Origin: Scyliorhinus canicula
Lineage: Eukaryota
DNA length: 64,000 bases
Assembly (NCBI RefSeq): GCF_902713615.1
Contig: NC_052146.1
Location: 237,659,827 to 237,723,826 of the forward strand
Reading direction: 5' to 3'
A program made the position numbers and the translations under genes. Each line of letters begins with the position of its first letter. Position 1 is the stretch's first letter. The notes under the pieces are model-generated. The model was not told where the DNA came from. It saw nothing but the letters and a program-made list of their open reading frames with translations, and made no database searches. Positions 26,263-37,891 of this stretch are shown piece after piece.

Positions 26263-27785
26263 TTTTTTTTTTGGAAAGCATTTTATGAAGGCATTTATAA
26301 TAATAACAGCAAGCAGTACAAATACTAATATAAACATAGTACAAACACCGCCTCCCTCCCTCACAAGTTCCACCTCCTCTAAATAGTAATCTAACTCCCC
26401 CCCCCCCCCCCCCCCCCCCACCTCTGCTGACAGTTTTATCCAAAGAAGTCGACAAATGGCTGCCACCTCCGGATGAACCCAGTATTGACCCTCTTAGGGC
26501 AAACTTCTATTTTCTCAAGTCTAAGAAACCAAGCCATGTCACGAAGCCAGATCTCTGAATTCGGGGGCTTCCGAGTCCCTCCACGCTACCAATATCCGTC
26601 TCCGGGCGACCAAGAAGGCAAAGGCAAAGATGATACCTCTCTCACTCCCTGGACTCTCGGATCTTCTGGCACTCTGAAAATCGCCACCTCTGGACTCAGC
26701 ACCACCCTTGTTTTTAACACCATGGACATGACTTCTGTAAAACCCTGCCAAAATTCCATAAAGCTTCGGACATGCCCAAAACATATACACATCTCCACAC
26801 CTGTCCTCCATCCCAAAAAACTTGCTCATCCAGGCCACCGTAATCTGTGTCCGGTGAACAACCTTAAACTGAATCAGGCTGAGCCTGGCACATGATGAGG
26901 ACATGTTGACTCTGCTTAACGCAGTCGCCTAGCTCATCTACTCATTTGCGCTTTAGCTCCTCTGTCTGCATTTCCTCCGACTCCATGAGTTATTTACAAA
27001 TATCCAAAACCTTCCCCTCTCCCACCCCCATTCTGGAAACTACCCTGTCCTGTATCCCCCGTGGCGGTAGGAGTGGAAAAGTTGAAAACTGCCTTCGCAG
27101 AAAATCCCGTACCTGCAGATATCTGAATCCATTTCCTGCTGGCAGTTAAAATTTCTCCTCTAAATCCTTAAAACAGGGGAAGCTCCCATCTATAAATAGA
27201 TATCCCACCCTCTCAATCCGTGCTCTCTGCATGTCCGAGATCCCCCATTCAGCTTTCCGGTACAAACCGATGGTTATTGCCGATTGGAGCCCAGACCAAT
27301 GCTTCCTCCACTCTCATATGCTTCCTCCACTGACCCCAGACTCTCAGCATCGTCACTACCAACGGGCTTGTGGAGTAACGGGCCAGCGAGAACAGCAGCG
27401 ATGCCATCGCCAATACCCCCAAACTGGTGTCGTTGCATGATGCCGCCTCTAACCGCTCCCATACCGACCCGACCCCCCCCCCCCCCCCCCCCCCCCCCTT
27501 ACCCACTTCCTAATCATGGCTGTTTTTGCCACCCACTAATGGTTGCCAAAGTTTGGCAGCGCCAACCCACCCTCCCCTCAGCCACGCTCCAGCAACACTT
27601 TCTTCAGGGTTTTACCTGCCCACACAAAACCCGAAATCATCTTGTTTACTCGTTTAAAAAAGGCCCTTGGGATAAAGATGGGGAGGCACTGAAAAACGAA
27701 CAGAAACCTCGGGAGGACCGTCATTTTCACGTTCTGTACTCTCCCTGCCAGTGACAGCGGGAGCATGTCCCACCTTTGAAAGTCC
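26263..27785 (-). mobile_element. 5'-truncated L1-clade LINE
   Basis: LPLSLAGRVQNVKMTVLPRFLFVFQCLP; SSSCARLSLIQFKVVHR...HMFWACP-like zinc-knuckle region. T-run tail; near-TSD TAGTTTT(T)ACTTTT on both sides. Confidence 0.85.
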
Positions 27786-28059
27786 TCCTAGTTTTACTTT
27801 TTATGAATAGCTGGCTTTCAAATAGCTCTTCAGTAGATGACCATTTTGATAGAAATGAGTGTGCTCCCAGACCGTAGACGTGGATAAAAATGATGGCTGG
27901 TTTCACTGTACAATGCACAATCTGAGATTCCATTAATAGTAAAAACTTCTGCACTTTTATCTTTAGCTGTATAGTGTTCTGGCATATGCCAAATAACTTG
28001 AGTTACACTGGAAACTATATAAACCCATGACAGTTTAAATTAATTCTCAAGAAAGGACT

Positions 28060-29210
28060 TGACAGTAGGGATTGAGAGGCTGGGAGATGTGTTTATTGAT
28101 AGGGATCTTTCCCTGTTTGGAGGTTCTGGAAGAGGAATTGTTGGGGGGGGGGGGGGGGGGTCGATATCTGCAGATAAGGGACTTTGTGCAGGTTTTGACC
28201 TTTCCGCTTCCACCACCGCAGGGGATACAGGACAAGGTCGTTTCTAGAACAGGAGTGGGGGAGGGGAAGATATCAGAAATCAATAAAGAACTTATGAAGT
28301 GGGAGGAAACACAGATAGGTGAGATAAAACGTAAATGGGAAGATGAGTTGGGAAAGGAGTTAGAGGCAGCCCTGTGGGAGGATGCTATGAGCAGAGTCCT
28401 CATCATGTGCCAGGCTCAGCCAGATACAATTCAAGGTGGTTCACAATTCAAGGTGGTTCACCGGGCACACATGACGGTGGCCCGGATTAGCAGGTTTTTT
28501 GGGGTAGAGGACAGGTGTGTGAAGTGTGCAGGAGTGCCTGCAAATCGTGTCTACATATTTTGGGCATATTTTGGACATTTAGGGGATTCTGGCAGGAATG
28601 TGCGGGTGTCATTTCCACAGTACTAAAAACAAGGGTGGGGCAGAGTCCAGAGGAGGCGATTTTCGAAGTATCAGAAGACCCGGGAATCCAGGGGGCGAGA
28701 GAGGCTGACGTTTTGACCTTTGCCTCCTTGGTAGCCGGGAGACTGATATTACTAGCGTGGAGGGACTCGTAGCCCCCAAAATTGGGGGTATGGATTAGCG
28801 ACATGGCCGGGTTTCTCAGACTTGAGAAAATTAGGTTCACCCAGAGAGGATCAACGTTAGGGTTCGTTCGGAGGTGGCAGCAGTTTATCGACTTCTTCGG
28901 AGAAAGCTAAACATCAGCAGATTCAATAAGGGGGGAGTAGGGGGGTGTAGGTTATTTTTAGTCTAGATTAGGCAGGAACAGTGGGAGATAGAGGGGTGTG
29001 TTACGCTCCTGAATTATGTTTACATTTGTATTGGTATCTTTTATTGTTATAAAACCATAAATAAGGGCAGCACGGTGGCGCAGTGGGTTAGCACTGCGGC
29101 CTCACAGCGTCGAGGTCCCGGGTTTGAATTGGGTACTCTTAAAAAAAAAATTTAAATTTAAAAAATTTAAAAACCATAAATGCCTCAATAAAATGTTTGT
29201 AAAAAAAAAA
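28060..29210 (+). mobile_element. 5'-truncated L1-clade LINE with a nested SINE at 29063-29170
   Basis: RYLQIRDFV...KWEDELG...QFKVVHRAH; AATAAA and A-tail at about 29187-29210. Confidence 0.85.
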
Positions 29211-30672
29211 AGGAACGGGCATGACATCTCACTTAGAAAGTGGTTCAAACGGGGCGGCATGTGGTGCAGTGGTTAGCACTGAGACTACAGCACTGAGGAC
29301 CAGGGTTCAAATCCCAGCCCTGGGTCACTGTCCGTGTGGAGTTTGCACATTCTCCCCATGTCTGCGTCGGTTTCACCCCCACAACCCAAAGATGTGCAGG
29401 TTAGATGGATTGGCCAGGATAAATTGCCCATTAATTGGAAAAAAATGGGTACTCCAAATTAAAAAAAAGAAAGTGGTTCAATCAGAAGTGGCATCTACAT
29501 TTCCCAAATACAGCAAAAAGCATGTCAGGCTCATTATTACATTTATTAAGCTGTTAATCTCAGACACTTCTTCAATACCAAAGACAGCCAGTATATCATC
29601 TCACATTTTGCAGCGAGTTCTTTGAGGATTTTTTTTTTTTTGCTCAGAATATCTGGAGGTCAGTGGATTGCAGATACACCAGGTTGTAAATTTTGATTTT
29701 TCAAGTGAGACTTCCTCAACTAATGTCTATATTTCCTCACATCATTTAAAAGTACCTGGAACGTCATAACATACAAAGCTATGGGATTAGGCAGGTAGGT
29801 CAGGAAATTTTCATGTGTCAGTGCAGATCAATGGGTGAAAGGGCCTCTTTTACACTGTATTTTGTGTGATTCTGTGGTTGAGCATCAGCAATAAGGTTAG
29901 CCTTGGTGCCTTAATGGATGGTTTTACACCATGCTTTAACTTGGGTAACTTGTTCCCACTTATGGAAGTTGATTTTTCACTGCTCAAGTGTCACTTTAAA
30001 GCAACAGACAACAAGAAATAAACACAACCATGGCACATTTGGGAATTTTGCTCGAGTGATTGGTTATCTGCGAATACTACATACCTTCCTGCATTATTTG
30101 GCTGCTGGCATTCAGCAGCTGCTAAAAAAAACTTGTGCAACGAATGCATAACAAGTTGATACAAGTATATTACAGCATGTATCTTAAGCCCAATCAAGCT
30201 AATGCCAGTTGATAACATAACTTACTTCAATTTATCAAAAGATATTAATAGAAACAGTCCAACATGTCCATATCGGTATTTATTCTCCACACTAGCCTTC
30301 TCCCAGCCATCCTCCTTTATCTCATCCTTTCTCTCTCATCTAGCTTCTCCTTAAAGTGTATCTACGCTATTCACCTCAACCATTCAATCTCTCACTCCGC
30401 AAAATAGTTTATCCTGAATTTACTGCGTTAACAAGAACAGCTGCATATTTTTTTGAAGAGCAGGGTGCCCACGAAAAGGGTTTTGAATGCACCCCGGTTG
30501 AGCTGTTGCCTGGGTTCAGCTGTTTGTGGTGTTGACACTGGGCTGGGACTCTGACCCAGGACTCTGACCCAGCCAGTGGACCTGACCATTCAGGGTTTCA
30601 GCGCTCACTCTGCCGGCGCTTGCGTCCCCGGGGCCGAGCAGCTCTCCTGCTTCTCTCGAGGCAGTCGCTCAC

Positions 30673-30756
30673 CTCTGGGTGTTCCTCACACACAGTCTCG
30701 ATATTCAGCCCTTTCAGATAATCTTCCAGCTCTTTACGCCACTCAGCCGAGGCCAT
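30673..30756 (-). CDS. PRORSD1: PRORSD1 exon 1 (prolyl-tRNA synthetase-associated domain protein, YbaK/ProX family); not in the ORF track
   Basis: Reverse strand ATG GCC TCG...CAC CCA GAG|gtgagc = MASAEWRKELEDYLKGLNIETVCEEHPE. Phase 0; joins exon 2 to give the conserved EHPEVFTVE motif. Confidence 0.93.
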
Positions 30757-30779
30757 TTCCTACTCCTCTCTGCTCCGGC

Positions 30780-30830
30780 AGAACACCACGTCGCAAGTTG
30801 CTCAGAGCATGCGCAGACACCTCCTGCCCC
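30780..30830 (-). promoter_or_regulatory. Putative PRORSD1 proximal promoter with an NRF1-like site
   Basis: GAGCATGCGCA at about 30805-30815, roughly 50 bp upstream of the ATG, in a locally CpG-enriched segment. Confidence 0.5.
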
Positions 30831-32107
30831 ATTGCTCTCCTCTCTGTTCCCCATAACCTTCATTTAGGCCATTTTGGTGTTGTGAATTGCAATGCATAGT
30901 ATTTTTAAAACAGAAACACACCGGAAACACACAGTTGGGCATCTATGGAAGGAACAAAAATGGTCAATTTTTCAGACATGGACCCAGGTGTGGGCAGGTG
31001 GATTCATCCTTCAACTTGATGGTGTAATAAGGATCTGTGTGCAAGTGACTAACTGCTGGGGTAAAAATAAGGGGCACTACGGGAGAGGGTTGCTGAGGAT
31101 ACCACGGGAGCAGCCAATCTGGGCATAACCCTCAGATTGACCACCTCAAAATGTGGTCTAACTGGATACACACCCACCCTGCCCCTGCCTCCCATTAAAA
31201 TCGGGCCTGCCAGACTCCCTGAGGCTTGTTTGCTCCCATCCCCATGTCAGTCCTGTCTGAATTCCTTCAGGCCTTCCCAGAGCTTCCCTCTGCCTCAGGC
31301 CTGCCTGGACCTCCCATCAAAAATCAGGTGCACCTGGAACTCCCCTGCCCCCTCAAAATCAGGCCTGCCCCAATCACTTCCTTCCCCCTCAGGCTTGCCT
31401 TGAATCCCTCAATCCTCAAGCTTCCTTACCCTAGCTTACCAGAACCCCCTGGACCTGGGCCAAATCACCCCCTTAAAACTGCATGTCACCATTTCACAAC
31501 ATTTTCCTTTTTTCTCAACTGAAAGTTTACCATTAAAGAATAAAACTATTTACATGAAAGCAAAACAATATAGCATTATGTCTGAATGTACTTGAACACA
31601 GGAATAAATTTAACGTCACTGAAATGCGGTTTGATTACCTGTCCAGCTTTAGTTGTGGTGATCTTTGCTAGAATGTTGTACACTTTCAGAATTCTGGTTA
31701 GAGTTGCTCCTTGTTGTGTCTTAGACCTTGTTCAAGTCATAATAGGATTGTTCAGTGCCTCTGCTTGTGGTATTGTCATATGTTTTATCGCACTGACATG
31801 TCACGGTATTTGATACGATCTTGGTTTGGGGCATATGCTGACAATTTCTGCTGGATTCATTTACCATCAGTTGGCTGTTGAACTCACACCTTTCGTCTGA
31901 TATTCAGGTTGAGTAATTCGATACCCGTAAGCTGGTCATGGGCATCTTTCATTTTCCCTTGTTTTTTAAGTAATGCATTGCGTACTACTGGGAGTATCAA
32001 CGAGTAATAACTGGGAAGGCCTGTCCTTCCTTGTCTACCGAATTCCATAGGTGAGGGAACAGTTGCACTGAGTAGTGTTTCTCTATCATGCAACATGACT
32101 GGGGTGA

Positions 32108-33117
32108 GCACAGTAAGAAGTCTTACAACACCAGTTAAAGTCCAACAGGTGGTTTTGAATCGCTAGCTTTCAGAGCACAGTTCCTTCCTCAGGTGAATGA
32201 AGAGGTGGGTTCCAGAATATATATACAAAGTCAAAGATGTAAAATGATACTTTGAATTTGAGTCTTTGCAGGTAATTAAGTCTTTACAGGTCCAGACGGA
32301 GCAACTAGAGAGAGGGATAATCACAGGTTAAAGAGGTGTGAATTGTCTCAAGCCAGGGCAGTTGGTAGGATTTCGCAAGTCCAGGCCAGATGATGGGGGG
32401 TGAATGTAATGTGACATGAATCCAAGTTCCCGGTTGAGGCTGTACTCATGTGTGCGGAACTTGGCTATAAGTTTCTGCTCGGCGATTCTGCGTTGTCGCG
32501 CTTCCTGAAGGCCGCCTTGGAGAACGCTTACCCGAAGATCAGAGGCTGAATGCCCTCAACTGCTGAAGTATTCCCCGACTGGAAGGGAGCATTCCTGCCT
32601 GCCGATTGTCCGTTGGTGTCCGTTCATCCGTTGTTGCAGCGTCTGCATGGCCTCGCCAATGTACCATGCTTTGGGACATCCTTTCCTGCAGCGTATGAAT
32701 TAGAAAATATTGGCCGAGTCACACGAGTATGTACCACGTACCTGGTGAGTGGTGTTCTCACGTGTAATGGAGGTGCCCATGTCGATGATCTGGCACGTCT
32801 TGCAGAGATTGCCATGGCAGGGTTGTGTAGTGTCATGGTCGCTGTTCTGAAAGATAGTTTGCCGCAAACAATGGTTTGTTTGAGGTTGTGCAGTTGTTTG
32901 AAGGCAAGTAGTGGGGGTGTGGGGATGACCTTGGCAAGATGTTAATCTTCATCGATGACGTTTTGAAGGCTGCGAAGAAGAAGTCGTAGTTTCTCCGCTC
33001 CGGGGAAGTACTGGACGATGAGGGGTACTCTGTCAGTTGTGTCCCGTGTTTGTCTTCTGAGGAGGTCGGTGCGGTTTTTTGCTGTGGCGTGTTGGAACTG
33101 TCGATCAATGAGTCGAG
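32108..33117 (-). mobile_element. Penelope-like element, 3' fragment
   Basis: Near-identical to the 43978-45304 copy; GIY-YIG-associated Cys-rich region on the reverse strand. Confidence 0.75.
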
Positions 33118-34673
33118 AATGTGGGAGGCTGAAATTGAAATAGTTAGGTCTAAAGGCAACAAATCCATGAATGAGGCTTTCAGTAGCAGTTAAGCTGAAG
33201 TAGGGACAAAGTGGGAGAGGTTATGGAGGTGCAAATAACATTGTGAAGGTGTGGATGTGTGGATGGAAGTTCATCTCAGGGTTCAAGTATAATACCAAGG
33301 TTGTGGACAGTCTGGTTCAGTCTCAGACAGTTCCCAAGGAGAGGAATCAAGTCAGTGGCTTGGTAGTGGAGTTTGTAGCAGGGACCAAAGACAATGGTAT
33401 GCGTCTTCCCAATATTTAGCTGGAGGAAATTTCTGCTTATTTAATACTAGAGTTTGGTCAAGCAGTCCGACAATTTAGGGATGGTGAAGAGGTTGAGGGA
33501 ATTGACGATGAAGTGGATCTGGGTATTATCAGCATATATATTAAACCTGATGCTGTGTTTCCAGATGATATCCTTGATGGCAACTTTTGGATTTTTGCAT
33601 TTTACTCTGCGTGTTGACACCAGACGTTACTGTCATGTTTGTCCTGTAATTATCACCAATGCTGATGACCTCACCATATTATTACAGCAAAATCCAATGT
33701 TGGTGACATTGATCTGTTCAAGTGTGAGCCTGTAAAGATTGTGGATGATGCAATCCCTTATAGTATGAACATACCCTATTTGGTTCCAGTCTCAATATTT
33801 TCTAAAAACGGGAAGATAATATAACAAGCTGGGACGACTAAAGAAGCTGCGTAACCTACTAAATGGTGCAAGCTAACAGTATCATTTGTAAAAGGAAAAA
33901 CTTCATTGTAACAGAAGCTGTTTCCAAGAAACTAACTGTAAATACAGAATGATTAGCTGCAGATAATGAGATATTAACAAACTTTGGAACAATAAAGACC
34001 AAGAAGCTAACACCTGGAGAGATTTGCTAATGAAACATCAAATATATCTGCAGGCAGAAACTACAAATGGATATCAAGTGTACTAAAGGTGCACTGCTGT
34101 CTCACGGTGCTGAGGACCCAGGTTCGATCCCGGCCCTGGGTCTCTGTCCGTGTGGAGTTTGTACATTCTTCCCATATCTGCATGGGTCTCACCCCCACAA
34201 CCCAAAGATGCGCAGGGTAGGTAGATTAGCCATGCTAAATTGAAAAACAAAAGAATTGGGTACTCTAAATTTAAAAAGTGTACTAAAGGTAGACTTTAGT
34301 ATATTCAAGGTGTAGCTGATCTATTGGGAGAATATTATACTGTACATGACTGAATTCTCAGTAATGAATGGCAGTGTGCCAGAACAACATTGCTTCCTGC
34401 TACAATGAATCCAAGTTCTTGATAGAATCCACAATGTATGCCAGGGATTGATAAAATGCAAGGAACCAGCAAAATTATCTATACAATGACCAATCATCTG
34501 CAAGATTATCAGAGAGGAAGTCTTCTTGGGTGAATTTTGCTACATTAATAAACCAACTTAAACAATATGTGATGAGAACACCATTCCCAGAACAAGCCTC
34601 AGAAGTTTGCAGTGGACATATGTGAGCTCAGGAGACACAAACGCCAAAGTGAGAATCACAATCAGGGAGAATT

Positions 34674-34916
34674 GGGCGAAATTGAAAAAATCTGTTTTGT
34701 GTCCACCGCCAATTCTGATGTCATGGTCTGGTTCCCCCCCCCCCCCCCCCCCCCACCCCCCACCCCTCCCCCCACCCCCGTGCCAGTGGATCCATGCAAA
34801 ACCGTCATTTGCCCACCGTAAGAACACCATAGGTGAGCCGCGTACAATGAAGAACTTCATTGACCCTGGCGGGATACTCCAGTCGCTGGGCTGACGCTGC
34901 CGGAGAATCCCACCCA
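34674..34916. mobile_element. Related MITE-like element
   Basis: GGGCGAAATT ... GGAGAATCCCACCC termini, similar to the other copies. Confidence 0.5.
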
Positions 34917-35907
34917 TAGTCTCCCAAAAGGTGAATTCCGGCACATATTTCTTTAAATAGCCCATTAAATGGTAACCAACATAACTTCAAGAGGTATGGA
35001 TGTTTTCCAACCAACATAATTATTTTTGAGACTGTAGAAATGACATTCTGAGAATGTAGAAGTGACATTCTATGTGGACCTTGGGCAGTCCTATCATGTG
35101 GTGGATCTAAACTTCTAAAAAGCCTTTAATAAAGTTCCAAATTAAAGGGTGCTATGCGGGCTTAAGGTTCTACATCTCTCTGTTTGGAGGCTGCTCAGAA
35201 ATTGGTTGAAAGGGAGGAAACAGCAAAACTATAGTTAAGTAAGTAATGCTGGGCTGAGGAAGTGTATTGCACGGTCTGAGCCCTGACGTTTCTGAGTGAT
35301 AAGGACAGCCCATCTCACTTGTCTTTCCTCCCCTGCCCCTTCCATGTTTGCATAACTGTACTTCAAAAATAATTTAATTGTACAAAGAATGCCGAAGAAT
35401 TACACTGAATGTGTCCTCAAAATGGAGTCAGTGATCAGACTGAATAGTAGTACATCAAAAGAAAACTACTGCGAATTAAAGCCATAAATGCTTGTGTGAA
35501 ATTAAACATTCCTTGCAATAACTGGGAGACATAAGCCATCAAGGCCACAGGCTTGGAAATAAACTGTTAGAAGATATAAATGTGTCACTTCTCATTGGAA
35601 AGCATGTAAGGCTGTTTGTTGCAGAAAAACTGCAAAGTTAAGTCGGTGAAAGTGCATCCTGGCATTGCTATATTCTGATGCTTTATTAATCGGAAGTCAA
35701 CCTGGGAACTGACTGGACTATGTGAGGTGATTGACACCTAAAGCTGTGAACTCCTCTGCTATGTGTAACTCAGAGTAGTTGATTATATTATTGAGATTTT
35801 TTTTACTCTCCAACATTCTCCAGGAAGATAAGATCATCCTCAAAGAACAAAGAACAAAGAACAAAGAAAAGTACAGCACAGGAACAGGCCCTCCGGCCCT
35901 CCAAGCC

Positions 35908-36793
35908 GGGAATGGGACAACTCATCGCCGCCGACTCATCGCCGCTGACTCATCGCCAGCCCAACTCATCGCCAGCCCAACTCATCGCCAGCCAACTCAT
36001 TGCCAGCCCAACTCATCGCCAGCCCAACTAAAAATTGAAATTCATGGTAATTCATGGTAAAAGCTGTCGGCGGCGGGTAACTTTTGAAAGGCCCGCACCA
36101 AGCATTTGATAGATAGACCGGCCGGCGAACCAAGTTATATCACAGTTCAGACCGGTGGTATTTCAAATTTAATTCATGGTAAAAGCTGTCGGCGGCGGGT
36201 AACTTTTGAACGGCCCGCACCAAGCATTTGATAGATAGACCGGCCGGCGAACCAAGTTATATCACAGTTCAGACCGGTGGTATTTCAAATTTAATTCATG
36301 GTAAAAGCTGTCGGTGGCGGGTAACTTTTGAGCGGCCCGCACCAAGCATTTGATAGATAGACCGGCCGGCGAACCAAGTTATATCACAGTTCAGACCGGT
36401 GGTATTTCAAATTCAATAAAAATTAATGGAGGTTAAAAGACTTATTTAACTGTGATATAACTTGGTTCGCCGGCCGGTCTATCTATCAAATGCTTGGTGC
36501 GGGCCGCTCAAAAGTTACCCGCCGCCGACAGCTTTTACCATGAATTAAATTTGAAATACCACCGGTCTGAACTGTGATATAACTTGGTTCGCCGGCCGGT
36601 CTATCTATCAAATGCTTGGTGCGGGCCGTTCAAATGTTACCCGCCGCCGACAGCTTTTACCATGAATTACCATGAATTTCAATTTTTAGTTGGGCTGGCG
36701 ATGAGTTGGGCTGGCGATGAGTTGGCTGGCGATGAGTTGGGCTGGCGATGAGTCGGCGGCGATGAGTCGGCCGCGATGAGTTGTCCTAGACCC
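35908..36793. mobile_element. Foldback/palindromic non-autonomous DNA transposon, Mutator (MULE)-like
   Basis: Termini GGGAATGGGACAACTCATCGC and (reverse complement) GGGTCTAGGACAACTCATCGC; 9-bp TSD CTCCAAGCC at 35899-35907 and 36794-36802. Arms are built of 14-16-nt repeats and 122-bp units. Confidence 0.85.
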
Positions 36794-37703
36794 CTCCAAG
36801 CCTGTGCCGACCATGCTGCCCGTCTAAACTAAAATCTTCCACACTTCCTGGGTCCGTATCCCTCTATTCCCATCCTATTCATGTATTTGTCAAGGTGCCC
36901 CTTAAATGTCCCTGCTTCCACCAACTCCTCCGGCAGCGAGTTCCAGGCACCCACTACCCTCTGTGTAAAAAAACTTGCCTTGTACACGTCCTCTAAACCT
37001 TACCCCACACACCTTAAACCTATGCCCCCTAGTAATTGACCCCTCTACCCTGGGAAAAAGCTTCTGACTATCCACTCTGTCTATGCCCCTCATCATTTTG
37101 TAGACCTCTATCAGATCGTCCCTCAACCTCCGTCGTTCCAGTGAGAACAAACAGAGTTTATTCAACTGCTCCTCATAGCTAATGCCGTCCATACCAGGCA
37201 ACATCCTGGTAAATCTCTTCAGCACCCTCTCTAAAGCCTCCACATCCTTCTGGTAGTGTGGCAACCAGAATTGAACATTATACTCCAAGCGTGGCCAAAC
37301 TAAGGTTCTATACAGCTGCAACGTGACTTGCCAATTCTTATACTCAATGCCAAGGCCAATGAAGGCAAGCATGCCATATGCCTTCTTGACTATCTTCTCC
37401 ACCTGTGTTGCCCCTTTCAGTGACCTGTGGACCTGTATACCTAGATCTCTCTGACTTTCAATACTCTTGAGGGTTCTACTATTTACTGTATATTCCCTAC
37501 CTGCATTAGACCTTCCAAAATGCATTACCTTACATTTGTCTGGATTAAACTCCATCTGCCATCTCTCCGCCCAAGTCTCCAAACGATCTAAATCCTGCTG
37601 TATCCTCTGACAGTCCTCATCGCTATCCGCAATTCCACCAACCTTTGTGTCGTCTGCAAACTTACTAATCAGACCAGTTACATTTTCCTCCAAATCATTT
37701 ATA

Positions 37704-37891
37704 TGAAATGAAATGAAATGAAAATCGCTTATTGTCACGAGTGGGCTTCAATGAAGTTACTGTGAAAAGCCCCTAGTCGCCATATTCCGGCGCCTGTTTG
37801 GGAAGGCTGTTACGGGAATCAAACCGCGCTGCTGGCCTGCCTTGGTCTGCTTCCAAAGCCAGCAATTTAGCCCAGTGTGCTAAACAGCCCC
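37704..37891 (-). mobile_element. Short tRNA-derived SINE with (TTTCA)n tail, nested in the CR1
   Basis: Reverse strand GGGGCTGTTTAGCACACTGGGCTAAA head with A/B-box-like motifs. The same family occurs at 54866-55030; tail fragment at 51405-51513. Confidence 0.75.

Noticed and set aside
30085-30121. Possible 34/37-nt cassette exon in the PRORSD1 intron (ttttttagcag...AAG|gtatgt, - strand)
   Set aside because: Good-looking splice sites but frame-shifting and with no homology support; such pseudo-exons arise by chance. Needs RNA-seq.
31130-31480. C-rich degenerate repeats and Pro-rich ORFs upstream of PRORSD1
   Set aside because: Low-complexity decayed repeat with no recognisable domain or splice support.
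35918-36793. CRISPR-like appearance of the regularly repeated units
   Set aside because: No unique spacers and no cas genes, in a eukaryotic context; explained by modular TIRs with a TSD.
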